From: an uncultured Candidatus Saccharibacteria bacterium
GTDB taxonomy: Bacteria; Patescibacteriota; Saccharimonadia; Saccharimonadales; Saccharimonadaceae
NCBI GenBank assembly: GCA_963526965.1
Contig: CAURPS010000003.1
Coordinates: forward strand, 56,303 to 120,302
DNA length: 64,000 nt
Reading direction: 5' to 3'
Below, in pieces: positions 9,668-20,165 of the stretch; position 1 is the first letter of the stretch, and every line of letters begins with the position of its first letter. Below the pieces are notes generated by a model that saw only the letters and a program-made list of their open reading frames with translations, made no database searches and was not told where the DNA came from. The translations under genes and the position numbers were made by a program.

Positions 9668-10690
9668 ATGAGTAGAGAAACGATTTTAGTCACTGGTGGC
9701 GCTGGATATATTGGCAGCCACACCATTATCGAGCTTATTGCGGCAGGATTTAGCGTCGTTGTCATCGACAACCTTGCCAATGCAAGCCACGAAAGCCTGC
9801 GACGCGTCGAAACAATTACCGGTACAACCATCCCCTTTGTCGAGGCAGATGTGCGCGACCGATCGGCACTCGATGCGATTTTTACTAAGTATGATATCAG
9901 TGCTGTGATTCACTTTGCTGGACTCAAGGCAGTTGGTGAGTCGGTTGAGAAACCGCTGGAATACTATGACTGCAATCTTAGCTCAACCCTCACCCTCTTA
10001 GCGGCAATGCGCCAACATGCAGTACACCGGCTTGTATTCTCGAGCTCCGCAACGGTCTATGGCACACCAGAGTCATTGCCACTCACTGAATCATCACGCA
10101 CTGGCACCGGCATCACCAATCCATACGGCTGGACGAAATATATGATCGAGCAGATCATTCGTGATTATTGCGTAGCGCACTCGGACTTCCAGGCAACTAT
10201 CTTGCGCTACTTTAATCCAATTGGCGCACATATATCAGGTATGATTGGCGAAGATCCAAATGGCATCCCTAATAATCTCTTGCCTTACGTTGCACAAGTT
10301 GCCGTTGGAAAATTGCAAAGTGTTGGTGTGTTTGGTAATGACTACGACACACCTGATGGTACCGGTGTGCGTGACTACATTCACGTCGTCGATCTTGCTA
10401 AGGGACATGTAGCTGCCCTATCACACATGCAGCCAGGTGAGCACACCTACAACCTTGGCACTGGCCATGGTACCTCTGTTTTGGAGATCATTAGCGCCTT
10501 TGGCAAGGCCTGCAATCATGAGATTCCATACGAGATAAAACCACGCCGTGCTGGTGATATTGCAGCTTGCTACGCCGACTGCAGCAAGGCACAGCAAGAG
10601 CTTGGTTGGCAGGCAGAGCTGTCGATTGAGCAAGCCTGTGAAGACTCCTGGCGCTGGCAATCTCATAACCCAAATGGGTATAATGGTTAA
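9668..10690 (+). CDS. galE: UDP-glucose 4-epimerase
   Basis: 340 aa. ILVTGGAGYIGSH Rossmann motif, YGWTKYMIEQ (YxxxK), and full-length GalE-like sequence. Confidence 0.9.
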   Translation: MSRETILVTGGAGYIGSHTIIELIAAGFSVVVIDNLANASHESLRRVETITGTTIPFVEADVRDRSALDAIFTKYDISAVIHFAGLKAVGESVEKPLEYYDCNLSSTLTLLAAMRQHAVHRLVFSSSATVYGTPESLPLTESSRTGTGITNPYGWTKYMIEQIIRDYCVAHSDFQATILRYFNPIGAHISGMIGEDPNGIPNNLLPYVAQVAVGKLQSVGVFGNDYDTPDGTGVRDYIHVVDLAKGHVAALSHMQPGEHTYNLGTGHGTSVLEIISAFGKACNHEIPYEIKPRRAGDIAACYADCSKAQQELGWQAELSIEQACEDSWRWQSHNPNGYNG

Positions 10691-10698
10691 AATTTAAA

Positions 10699-10720
10699 TA
10701 ATACCCCATGGGGTATTTTG
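10699..10720 (+). terminator. intrinsic terminator after galE
   Basis: Palindrome AATACCCCATGGGGTATT followed by TTTG. Confidence 0.6.
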
Positions 10721-10875
10721 CAATGAATAATATAGATGTATGTTCAGTTTGAATATATTATTTGTTCGTACTATAATTTTGCTGTTCAAAATATTGGTCT
10801 ATTAATAATCTGTGCTTCTTGTGTGAATAATAAATGTATTCAGGCTGTTCTCGTCTGCCAAATGTAAACCTATGA

Positions 10876-10910
10876 AAACAAAAAACAGCCCACTATTTAC
10901 GGGCTGTTTT
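10876..10910 (-). terminator. intrinsic terminator after the cytidylyltransferase-like gene
   Basis: Minus strand reads ACAGCCC-gtaaatagt-GGGCTGT followed by TTTTTT. Confidence 0.6.
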
Positions 10911-10948
10911 CTAGTGCAAGTAGCAAAAGTTAGCTTACTCGAGCAATT

Positions 10949-12499
<1,551 letters not shown>

Positions 12500-12502
12500 C
12501 CA

Positions 12503-13051
12503 ATGCCCGATACCCCCAGTAAAACTCGTGTGAGTAGCAAGATCGCCTACCAAAACCCGTGGATCACCATCCACGAAGACCAAACACGCGACCACGCAGG
12601 CAATCTGGGGGTATATGGCTATATGGAGTCGCGAAACTCGTGTATGGTCGTTGCTGTCGACGAGCATGAGCGCATCTACCTGGTGCGTGGCTTCCGCTAC
12701 CCCTCACAGAGCTTTGGCTGGGAATTGCCCGGCGGTGGCGGTGATGGCGAGGATCTGCTCACCGCCTCCAAGCGCGAACTAGAGGAAGAGACTGGTATTG
12801 TTGCCCAGTCGTGGGAGAAGCTCGGTGAGGCATACGTGTGCAATGGCCTGATGACAGAGAAAATGGCGGTGTGCTTGGCACGAGACCTGTCTTTTGGCGG
12901 CAACAAAGAACAGTCGGATGAAGTATTTAGCGATATGCGGTTCTTCACCAACGAGGAGATCGACCAGCTTATTACCCAAGGCGATATCAACGACTGCCAG
13001 ACACTAGCTGGCCTCCATTATTATCATATATGGCGAAAGGAGAACGCATGA
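12503..13051 (+). CDS. NUDIX hydrolase
   Basis: 182 aa. Nudix box GGGGDGEDLLTASKRELEEETGI. Lies 3 nt after the rfbB stop, and its own stop overlaps the rfbC start. Confidence 0.8.
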   Translation: MPDTPSKTRVSSKIAYQNPWITIHEDQTRDHAGNLGVYGYMESRNSCMVVAVDEHERIYLVRGFRYPSQSFGWELPGGGGDGEDLLTASKRELEEETGIVAQSWEKLGEAYVCNGLMTEKMAVCLARDLSFGGNKEQSDEVFSDMRFFTNEEIDQLITQGDINDCQTLAGLHYYHIWRKENA

Positions 13052-13617
13052 ATTTCGACCCATCAACCTACAACGACCTTACCGTGACTGAATCACCAAT
13101 TCCAGGGCTATTCGTCATCAAGCTGCCCGTCCATGGTGACAACCGTGGGTGGTTTAAAGAAAATTACCAGAAGGAGAAGATGGAAGCGCTGGGACTACCT
13201 GCCTTGACCATTGTGCAAAACAACATTAGCTTTAATGACAAAGCTGGTGCAACGCGTGGGCTACACGCCGAGCCTTGGAATAAGTTCATCAGCACTGCCA
13301 ATGGCCGCGTGTTCGGTGCATGGTGTGATGTGCGCCAAGGCCCAACCTTTGGCCAGACATTCTCTGTAGAAATTAATCCTGGCACAGCGGTATTCGTGCC
13401 CAAAGGCGTGGCAAATGGCTACCAAACACTGGACGATAATGTGGCATATACCTACCTGGTTGACGCCCACTGGTCACCAGATGCGCAGTATACCTTTGTT
13501 AACCTCTTCGACCCAGCGCTGGACATTGCATGGCCACTCGGCAAAGACCAAGCGATCATCTCTGACAAAGATGCTGCGCACCCCCTCCTGCGCGACGTAC
13601 AGCCAATGGAATTATAA
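13048..13617 (+). CDS. rfbC: dTDP-4-dehydrorhamnose 3,5-epimerase
   Basis: Cupin protein with GDNRGWFKENYQ ... RGLHAEPWNKF, resembling the actinobacterial-type RmlC. The ATG at 13048 forms an ATGA overlap with the NUDIX stop. Confidence 0.85.
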   Translation: MNFDPSTYNDLTVTESPIPGLFVIKLPVHGDNRGWFKENYQKEKMEALGLPALTIVQNNISFNDKAGATRGLHAEPWNKFISTANGRVFGAWCDVRQGPTFGQTFSVEINPGTAVFVPKGVANGYQTLDDNVAYTYLVDAHWSPDAQYTFVNLFDPALDIAWPLGKDQAIISDKDAAHPLLRDVQPMEL

Positions 13618-13634
13618 AAAGAAAGGAAGCGTGC

Positions 13635-14492
13635 ATGACAGATCACACCTCTACCCTCATCATTGGTGCCAACGGGCAATTGGCCAAAGCAATGCAGCAG
13701 CAATACCCTAGTGCTCGGGCGGTTGGGCATAATGAGCTCGACCTCTGCAACGCAGCAGCTATTGCAACCTTCGACTGGTCTGGCATTAAGACAATCATCA
13801 ACACTGCTGCTTATACCAATGTTGACGGTGCAGAAACATCGGAGGGCCGCGCAGCAGCCTGGCGCATCAACGCCCAAGCGGTGGGACAGCTTGCTCGTAT
13901 CTGCTCTGAGCGAGACATCACCTTAGTTCATGTATCGAGCGATTATGTTTTTGATGGTGAGACAGCACCACATACCGAAGATGAGCTATTTAGCCCCTTA
14001 AGTGTCTATGGTGCATCCAAGGCAGCGGGCGATATTGCTGCCAGCACCACGCCGCGGCACTATATTATCCGCACTAGTTGGGTGATCGGCGATGGTAAAA
14101 ACTTCGTGACAACGATGCTCGGCCTGGCTGCAAAAAATATCGCACCAACAGTAGTAGCAGACCAAATCGGCCGCCTGAGCTTCACACCAGAGATTACGCG
14201 CGCAATTGACTACTTGGTAGAAAATAGGACACCATACGGCACTTACAATGTGACGAATAGTGGCCCACTGGCAAGCTGGGCAGATATCACGCGGCAGATC
14301 TTTGCCTTGGCAGGGCGTGATGACTTATCAGTGACAGATACAACCACCGCCGACTATTTTGCTAATAAGCCTGGCATCGCGCCGCGACCACTCAATAGTG
14401 ACCTCAGCCTTGATAAACTCCATGCGACCGGCTTCGTCAGCCAAGACTGGTACGAAGCACTACGTGAATATGTTACTCTAAATACTCATTAA
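13635..14492 (+). CDS. rfbD: dTDP-4-dehydrorhamnose reductase
   Basis: 285 aa. GANGQLA Rossmann motif, SSDYVFDG, YGASKAAG (YxxxK). Confidence 0.88.
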   Translation: MTDHTSTLIIGANGQLAKAMQQQYPSARAVGHNELDLCNAAAIATFDWSGIKTIINTAAYTNVDGAETSEGRAAAWRINAQAVGQLARICSERDITLVHVSSDYVFDGETAPHTEDELFSPLSVYGASKAAGDIAASTTPRHYIIRTSWVIGDGKNFVTTMLGLAAKNIAPTVVADQIGRLSFTPEITRAIDYLVENRTPYGTYNVTNSGPLASWADITRQIFALAGRDDLSVTDTTTADYFANKPGIAPRPLNSDLSLDKLHATGFVSQDWYEALREYVTLNTH

Positions 14493-14685
14493 AGTAGTCC
14501 TTGGCTATTTGTCATAGCTTTTAGGTTATCATCTCACGACGTGAATAATTTTGTTTGACTTCGCGCACTATCTAGAATGACTGACTATTTCGTACACTGT
14601 TATATATTCCCATTATCTTCGGTATTATGGTACTATTACTTTATCTGGTATGATAAGTATATAGTTTCAAAAAGGAGTTTTACGT

Positions 14686-15537
14686 ATGAAAGGTATTATT
14701 TTGGCAGGTGGTTCGGGTTCGCGCCTGTGGCCGATTACTAAAGCAATTAGCAAACAGCTGATGCCTATTTATGACAAGCCGATGATCTATTATCCCCTCA
14801 CTACGCTGATGCAGGCAGGGATTCGCGACATTCTCATCATCACTACCCCAGCTGATCAAGCAGGCTTCCAGCGGTTGCTTGGCGATGGTGCGCAGTGGGG
14901 TATTAATCTGCAATACGCTATTCAGCCCAGCCCCGATGGCCTGGCCCAGGCATTTATCATTGGCGAGGAGTTTATTGGTGATGACAAGGTGGCGCTCGTC
15001 TTGGGTGACAACATATTCTACGGCGCAGCGCTCGATGACTCACTGCGTGCCTGCACTGACCCAGACGGCGGTGTGGTCTTTGCTTACAAGGTATCTGACC
15101 CAGAGCGGTATGGCGTCGTAGCTTTTGATGATGACAACCACGCGGTATCGATCGAAGAAAAGCCCGCCCAACCTAAGTCGAACTTTGCAGTGGTAGGGCT
15201 CTATTTCTACGACAATGATGTGGTAGAAATCGCGAAGAATGTCCAGCCAAGTGACCGTGGTGAGTTAGAAATTACCTCTGTGAACGCTGAGTATCTGCGT
15301 CGCGGCAAACTGAAGGTCCAGACACTAGACAACGGCGATGTATGGCTTGATACTGGGACGATTAGCAGCCTGACCGATGCTGAGGACTTTGTGCGTGTTG
15401 TACAGAATCGCACCGGCCAAGTCGTTGGTAGCCCCGAAAAGACTGCGCACATCAACGGTTGGATCACCGACGAGCAGCTTGCCGAACTTGCTGCACCGTT
15501 AAAAAAATCAGGCTACGGAAATTACCTCTCGGCGTAG
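14686..15537 (+). CDS. rfbA: glucose-1-phosphate thymidylyltransferase
   Basis: Starts [26 protein letters not shown] lies upstream. Full-length RmlA-like sequence. Confidence 0.93.
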   Translation: MKGIILAGGSGSRLWPITKAISKQLMPIYDKPMIYYPLTTLMQAGIRDILIITTPADQAGFQRLLGDGAQWGINLQYAIQPSPDGLAQAFIIGEEFIGDDKVALVLGDNIFYGAALDDSLRACTDPDGGVVFAYKVSDPERYGVVAFDDDNHAVSIEEKPAQPKSNFAVVGLYFYDNDVVEIAKNVQPSDRGELEITSVNAEYLRRGKLKVQTLDNGDVWLDTGTISSLTDAEDFVRVVQNRTGQVVGSPEKTAHINGWITDEQLAELAAPLKKSGYGNYLSA

Positions 15538-15552
15538 TATAATAATACCAAT

Positions 15553-16272
15553 ATGAAAACGAATACCAAGACGGTGTGTGTGATCGTCCCAGCCTACAAC
15601 GAAGCGACGGTCATCAAGGACGTGATCAAACAATCCAGGCGAGTCTTTGCCAAAGCCAAGGCAGCTGGCTATACAATTGATGTCGTGCTAGTCAATGATG
15701 GATCGAAGGACGACACACTTACCCAAGCTAAAAAAGGCGGTGCCATTACGATCGATCATATCCTTAACTCTGGTGCGGGCGGCGCAACCTTAACTGGTCT
15801 ATCGTATGCTCGGCAGCATGGCTATGACATTGCCGCCACGATGGATGCCGATGGCCAGCACGCGCCAGAGGATGTGTTGGCAGGTATCGCGCAGATCGAT
15901 GAGCGCCACGCTGATTTACTTATCGGTAGTCGTCTCATTGACAGCACCGGCATGTCCAAGACAAAAGTGCTCGGCAATAAAGGCTTGAGTTTGATCACTA
16001 AGCTCTTGTTTGGCATTAATGTGACAGATTCACAGTCTGGCCTACGTATCTATTCGCGCCGCGCCATTGATGACCTCGATTGGAAGTCAACTGGTTACGA
16101 ATTTTGCTCGGAAATGATTTGGCGTGCCAAGCAAGCGGGGATGACAATTGGTGAATATCCAATCAAGGCAATATACACTGACTACTCCCGTGCTAAAGGT
16201 CAAAACAACTGGAATGCCATCAATATCGTCAAACGCTTATTCAAACAACGCTTAACGGAGCTCTTCGAATGA
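15553..16272 (+). CDS. GT2 glycosyltransferase (polyprenyl-phosphate sugar synthase-like, soluble type)
   Basis: VCVIVPAYNEATVIKDVI ... DADGQH motifs. Confidence 0.8.
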   Translation: MKTNTKTVCVIVPAYNEATVIKDVIKQSRRVFAKAKAAGYTIDVVLVNDGSKDDTLTQAKKGGAITIDHILNSGAGGATLTGLSYARQHGYDIAATMDADGQHAPEDVLAGIAQIDERHADLLIGSRLIDSTGMSKTKVLGNKGLSLITKLLFGINVTDSQSGLRIYSRRAIDDLDWKSTGYEFCSEMIWRAKQAGMTIGEYPIKAIYTDYSRAKGQNNWNAINIVKRLFKQRLTELFE

Positions 16273-16628
16273 GATATTTTGCTCTTGTCTTGCTCAATGT
16301 GCCAATTATTCTCCTGGCGCTCGTCAACATCATCACCCAATACAAACTAAATAAAATCACCGTCACTCGCTTACGCCACCAAGTGGTGATGTGGTTGGTG
16401 GTGATGGCAGTGCTGCTGAGCTGCTTCCCGCTGTATAATATTTCGATTGGTCACCCACCGTTTGATTCGTCGGAGTTGAGCTTGTTTGATATTGTCCAGA
16501 CGACAGCGATCGTGTTACTCTTCTACATCGTCAACACGCAGCGCCAGCGGATTGACCAAAACGAACGCCGCGTGCGCGACCTCCATCAAGAACTGTCAAT
16601 TAAACTCTCGGCTCATGACAAAAAATAA
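16269..16628 (+). CDS. small integral membrane protein (DUF2304-like partner of GT2)
   Basis: 119 aa with 3-4 hydrophobic segments. ATGA overlap with the upstream GT2. The family assignment is tentative. Confidence 0.5.
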   Translation: MRYFALVLLNVPIILLALVNIITQYKLNKITVTRLRHQVVMWLVVMAVLLSCFPLYNISIGHPPFDSSELSLFDIVQTTAIVLLFYIVNTQRQRIDQNERRVRDLHQELSIKLSAHDKK

Positions 16629-17430
16629 ATCACTCGATATCGTCATCCCCTACTGGGGTGAATTTGCCTTACTCAAAGAAGCGGTTGACTCTGTCTTGGC
16701 TCAGACGAGCGACGACTGGCACCTGACCATTCTTGATGACCACTACCCATCGACCGAAGCACGCGATTATTACACAAAACTCGCCGACCCACGCATCACC
16801 TATATCCGACACAAGAAAAACCTCGGCATTACCAATAACTTCAACTTTGCCGTCCAACATGTAACGGCACCGCACTGTATGATTGTGGGGTGTGATGATC
16901 GGCTCTTGCCGGAGTGCGTAGCAGTGGCATTGCGAACAATTGGTGAGGCAGATTTTTATCAGCCAGGGGTGGAAGTGATTAATGATAAGGGTCAGCCATA
17001 TCTCCCACTGGTTGACCGCGTCAAGCGATTTTTGCAGCCTCGTAAATCAGGGCTTTACTCGGGCGAAAAGCTCGCAACGTCTCTGAGTCATGGCGACTGG
17101 CTCTACTTCCCATCGATCGTCTGGAAGACAGCGACACTTAAGCGGTATTCCTTTGATGCGACGTATACTATACTAGAAGATCTTGTCTTGGTATTTGATT
17201 TTATTCTTGACGGAGCAGTACTTGCCTTTAATCAGACTGAGACATTCCAATACCGACGCTTTGCCCAGTCGCTCTCAAGCAAAGAAAAGTCAAAGGATGG
17301 AGTGCGCTTTGCAGAAGAAAATGCAGTATATAATAGCTATGCTCAGCGCTTCGCATCGGTTGGTTGGCACAAAGCTGCTCGGGCGGCGCGACTCCATATT
17401 ACGTCACGCATTCATCAGTTGTTGTCGTAG
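16615..17430 (+). CDS. GT2 glycosyltransferase
   Basis: MTKNKSLDIVIPYWGEFALLKEAVDSVLAQTSDDWHLTILDD. The ATG at 16615 overlaps the upstream ORF end by 14 nt. The track start at 16486 is rejected. Confidence 0.75.
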   Translation: MTKNKSLDIVIPYWGEFALLKEAVDSVLAQTSDDWHLTILDDHYPSTEARDYYTKLADPRITYIRHKKNLGITNNFNFAVQHVTAPHCMIVGCDDRLLPECVAVALRTIGEADFYQPGVEVINDKGQPYLPLVDRVKRFLQPRKSGLYSGEKLATSLSHGDWLYFPSIVWKTATLKRYSFDATYTILEDLVLVFDFILDGAVLAFNQTETFQYRRFAQSLSSKEKSKDGVRFAEENAVYNSYAQRFASVGWHKAARAARLHITSRIHQLLS

Positions 17431-17765
17431 TTAATGCAATTTGAATATTCTCTCACCTCTATAAAAATAGGTTATTTTATGGTAAATTAGTATCTCTTTG
17501 CTCTTGTACTACTGCATAGTAAAACTTGAGAATAATATTCATGAGCGGCAATTCGTTTACTATTCTTTTCTGTTAGCCAACCCTAGCCTCATCATAGACA
17601 AGATGATGGATGAAAAAATTGGTTTTTATTCTTTGTAAAACACTCTGGTTAAGTGTTGTTGCGGGACTTAAAAAGAGCGTGCGTCTTGAATAAGATCAAG
17701 ATACGACAAGAGTGTGAAAAAATGAACTCTTCTATATCAAGAAATTTACTCCTTTGTGCTGCACG

Positions 17766-17797
17766 AAAAACCGGCTCAGTTTCCTCGAGCCGGTTTG
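17766..17797. terminator. bidirectional hairpin between convergent GT2 and GT8 genes
   Basis: AAAAACCGGCTC-agtttcct-GAGCCGGTTTGTTT, with A-run and T-run flanks on both sides. Confidence 0.6.
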
Positions 17798-17811
17798 TTT
17801 CATTATGTACT

Positions 17812-18840
17812 CTACCTCACGTTTGCTTCAGTCGTTTCGGTTTTCTCTTTATCAACCTCAGCAAATTTGCGCTCCACTGCCATGATGTATAGCTGCATAA
17901 AGATCGGGCGAGGTAAGATATCATACAGATACCATACCAGTGTTTTCTTAGCGTGTGGGAGCTCAGTGTTTTTCCATGGAGTGAGTGCAAAATACTTTTG
18001 CCACAGCAGCCGGTTCGGGTGCTTGTTGCCAACTTCCCACGGTTTGCCCTGAATGCCATAGAGCGAGTGAATAATCTTGGGACTGTAATAGTTAGTCATA
18101 ATCTCGTCGTAACTATAAAAGTATGGCTGCTTAAGATTATTAATGCGCAGCAGATCTTGCGGCCTATAGGCGTAAAACGCACTGGAGAAATTATAGGCAA
18201 TATCGAGCGTCTTGATCTGCCCGCGGAACATAACATTACAGAGGTCTTGATCGGCAATGACGTAGTCGCTTTTCTTCGACAGATGCTCGACGACTTGGCT
18301 CGACACATCATCTTTGAGCCATTTTTTGTGATTGATGAGCATGATACCACAGTTGTAATAGCCATCGGTAGGCTGGAGTCCAATCGTTGCTTTGTGCTGA
18401 TTGGTGAGAGTGTCGTAGGCCAGTGCCATGATATTTTTCTCAAAATCAAGCTCCAGCAAGCCATCAAGGGAGCTGGTAATGATCGTGTGTGGGTTGAGGT
18501 AGAGTACGCGATCGGTCTTGATATCAAGATCGGCTAGCGCCAGCATCTTGAGCCACGTCACATACACACCGTGCCACGGCTTGACGCCTAGCTTCTGTAA
18601 TTTCTTGTGGTACGCGTTAGGGTTGATGAATGTCAAATAGGCATTGGGGTATTTTTCAACCAACTTTTTGAGGCGATCTTTGCTTTGCTTGCTTAGCTTA
18701 TACCCACAATAAAAAATATGAATCTCGTCGAGCGTCTTATTGTTCTCAAGCAATGATGCGATCGAAATCGCACTGACAACTGCGTAGTTATCGTCACTTT
18801 GATACAAGACGTTTAAGATTTTCTTTTTGACTCTGGGCAT
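17812..18840 (-). CDS. GT8-family glycosyltransferase with an atypical metal-binding motif
   Basis: 342 aa. QSDDNYAVVSAISIASLLENN, YYNCGIMLINHKKW and ADQDLCNVMF fit GT8. The position of the canonical LYLDxD reads VLYLNPH. AT-rich gene. Confidence 0.7.
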   Translation of the reverse strand: MPRVKKKILNVLYQSDDNYAVVSAISIASLLENNKTLDEIHIFYCGYKLSKQSKDRLKKLVEKYPNAYLTFINPNAYHKKLQKLGVKPWHGVYVTWLKMLALADLDIKTDRVLYLNPHTIITSSLDGLLELDFEKNIMALAYDTLTNQHKATIGLQPTDGYYNCGIMLINHKKWLKDDVSSQVVEHLSKKSDYVIADQDLCNVMFRGQIKTLDIAYNFSSAFYAYRPQDLLRINNLKQPYFYSYDEIMTNYYSPKIIHSLYGIQGKPWEVGNKHPNRLLWQKYFALTPWKNTELPHAKKTLVWYLYDILPRPIFMQLYIMAVERKFAEVDKEKTETTEANVR

Positions 18841-18856
18841 GGCCTGCCTCTCTCCT

Positions 18857-19714
18857 TTATTCCACCGCTGCTATGTTTTTTACGTAGTTTTCCAGTAATG
18901 GCTGGTAGCTCTCACTGATGAATCCGGTGTTGTGCAGCTTCGACAAATTCATATCGCTATACATTGGTCGAGGCGCAAACGGAATCTTATCTTTACTATA
19001 CTCTTGTGTTGACACTTTTACAACCCTATCGCGATCGTGCCCTGCATATTCGAATACATCCTCGGCAAGCTCTGCCCACGATTTGATCGGCCCAGAGTTA
19101 GAAACATGATACAAACCATACTCAGCCTTGGTATCTATCAAATGCTTGGTGGCGCGCGCGATCTCCGACGCAAAGGTTGGCCGACCATATTGATCATCCA
19201 CAACCTTGGGATTAATGCGCATGTCAGCCAGGCGCTTCATCGTCCGCGGGAAGTTGTGCCCATCGCCAATCACCCAGGAGACACGCAGCACATAATGGCG
19301 CGGCGCAAGGCTAACCAGTAGATCCCCTGCTGCCTTGACATCACCATAGACCGACAGTGGTGAGAGCGACTCATCCTCACCATGGTTTTTGTTCGTCCCA
19401 TCAAAGACATAGTCGGATGAGTAATGCACCAATGTAATATCATGCTCCAGCGCTACCTTGACGAGATTGCGTGGGCCAACCGCATTGACCTGCCAGGCTT
19501 TGGTGCGGCCCTCAAGCGTTTCTGATCCATCGGCATTGACGAACGCCGCCGCGTTGATAATAACATCCACACCCGACCAATCATACCCAAGCACCTGCTC
19601 TTCGTCCGAAATGTCGAGCTGCTGGTGGCCCAGCGCCGTTGCCTTTGGATATATTTCTTGGAGCGCCCGCCCCACTTGGCCATTACAACCCAATATTACA
19701 ATCCCCTTGCTCAT
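18857..19714 (-). CDS. second dTDP-4-dehydrorhamnose reductase-family protein (RfbD paralogue)
   Basis: 285 aa, the same length as the rfbD at 13635. GCNGQVG, SSDYVFDG, YGDVKAAG. AAGGAGG lies 5 nt upstream of the ATG. Confidence 0.8.
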   Translation of the reverse strand: MSKGIVILGCNGQVGRALQEIYPKATALGHQQLDISDEEQVLGYDWSGVDVIINAAAFVNADGSETLEGRTKAWQVNAVGPRNLVKVALEHDITLVHYSSDYVFDGTNKNHGEDESLSPLSVYGDVKAAGDLLVSLAPRHYVLRVSWVIGDGHNFPRTMKRLADMRINPKVVDDQYGRPTFASEIARATKHLIDTKAEYGLYHVSNSGPIKSWAELAEDVFEYAGHDRDRVVKVSTQEYSKDKIPFAPRPMYSDMNLSKLHNTGFISESYQPLLENYVKNIAAVE

Positions 19715-19942
19715 ATACCCTCCTTTGTTTCCGCTATTATAGCACAGTTAGCGTAAGCTTTTTGAAATATCTGAAATCGCATGGTCGATGTAGGATAAAA
19801 AACACGCTGATAAGCCATTTTACTACTGTTAAACGCTCATATAGTCTCGCTCAATCCCCCTTGGGATATCATTGCAATCAATTTTGCCACGTAGTAAGCT
19901 AAGAGAATCTGAATCTCACAGCCTCTCTCGGTACTGGATTTT

Positions 19943-20059
19943 CCTCCAAACTTTACCTTGATGAGCTGTGAAATCAATCGTTACGATCAATTGCTGGCTC
20001 TGACACAAGAGGGCCGGTGTCTCGTAGACATCGACCCTTTAGTGATCTATCGGAGGGGT
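19943..20059. repeat. copy 1 of a conserved structured element (CCTCC ... GGAGGGGT bracket with two internal hairpins)
   Basis: Shares ordered blocks with 37068-37197: GAG(C)TGTGAAA, a hairpin, CAAGAGG, a hairpin ending ATCGACCCTT, TAGTG-TC, GGAGGGGT. About 46 of 60 positions are identical over the 3' half by hand alignment. Confidence 0.55.
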
Positions 20060-20165
20060 GTAGAAAGACAGAGCGTGAAGATTTTGCAATTTAGGTAGAG
20101 GCGATGAAGGCCTGATAATCTCTTGCAAAAAGCCAATAAGATTTACTTTGCAGCGGCGAACAATA

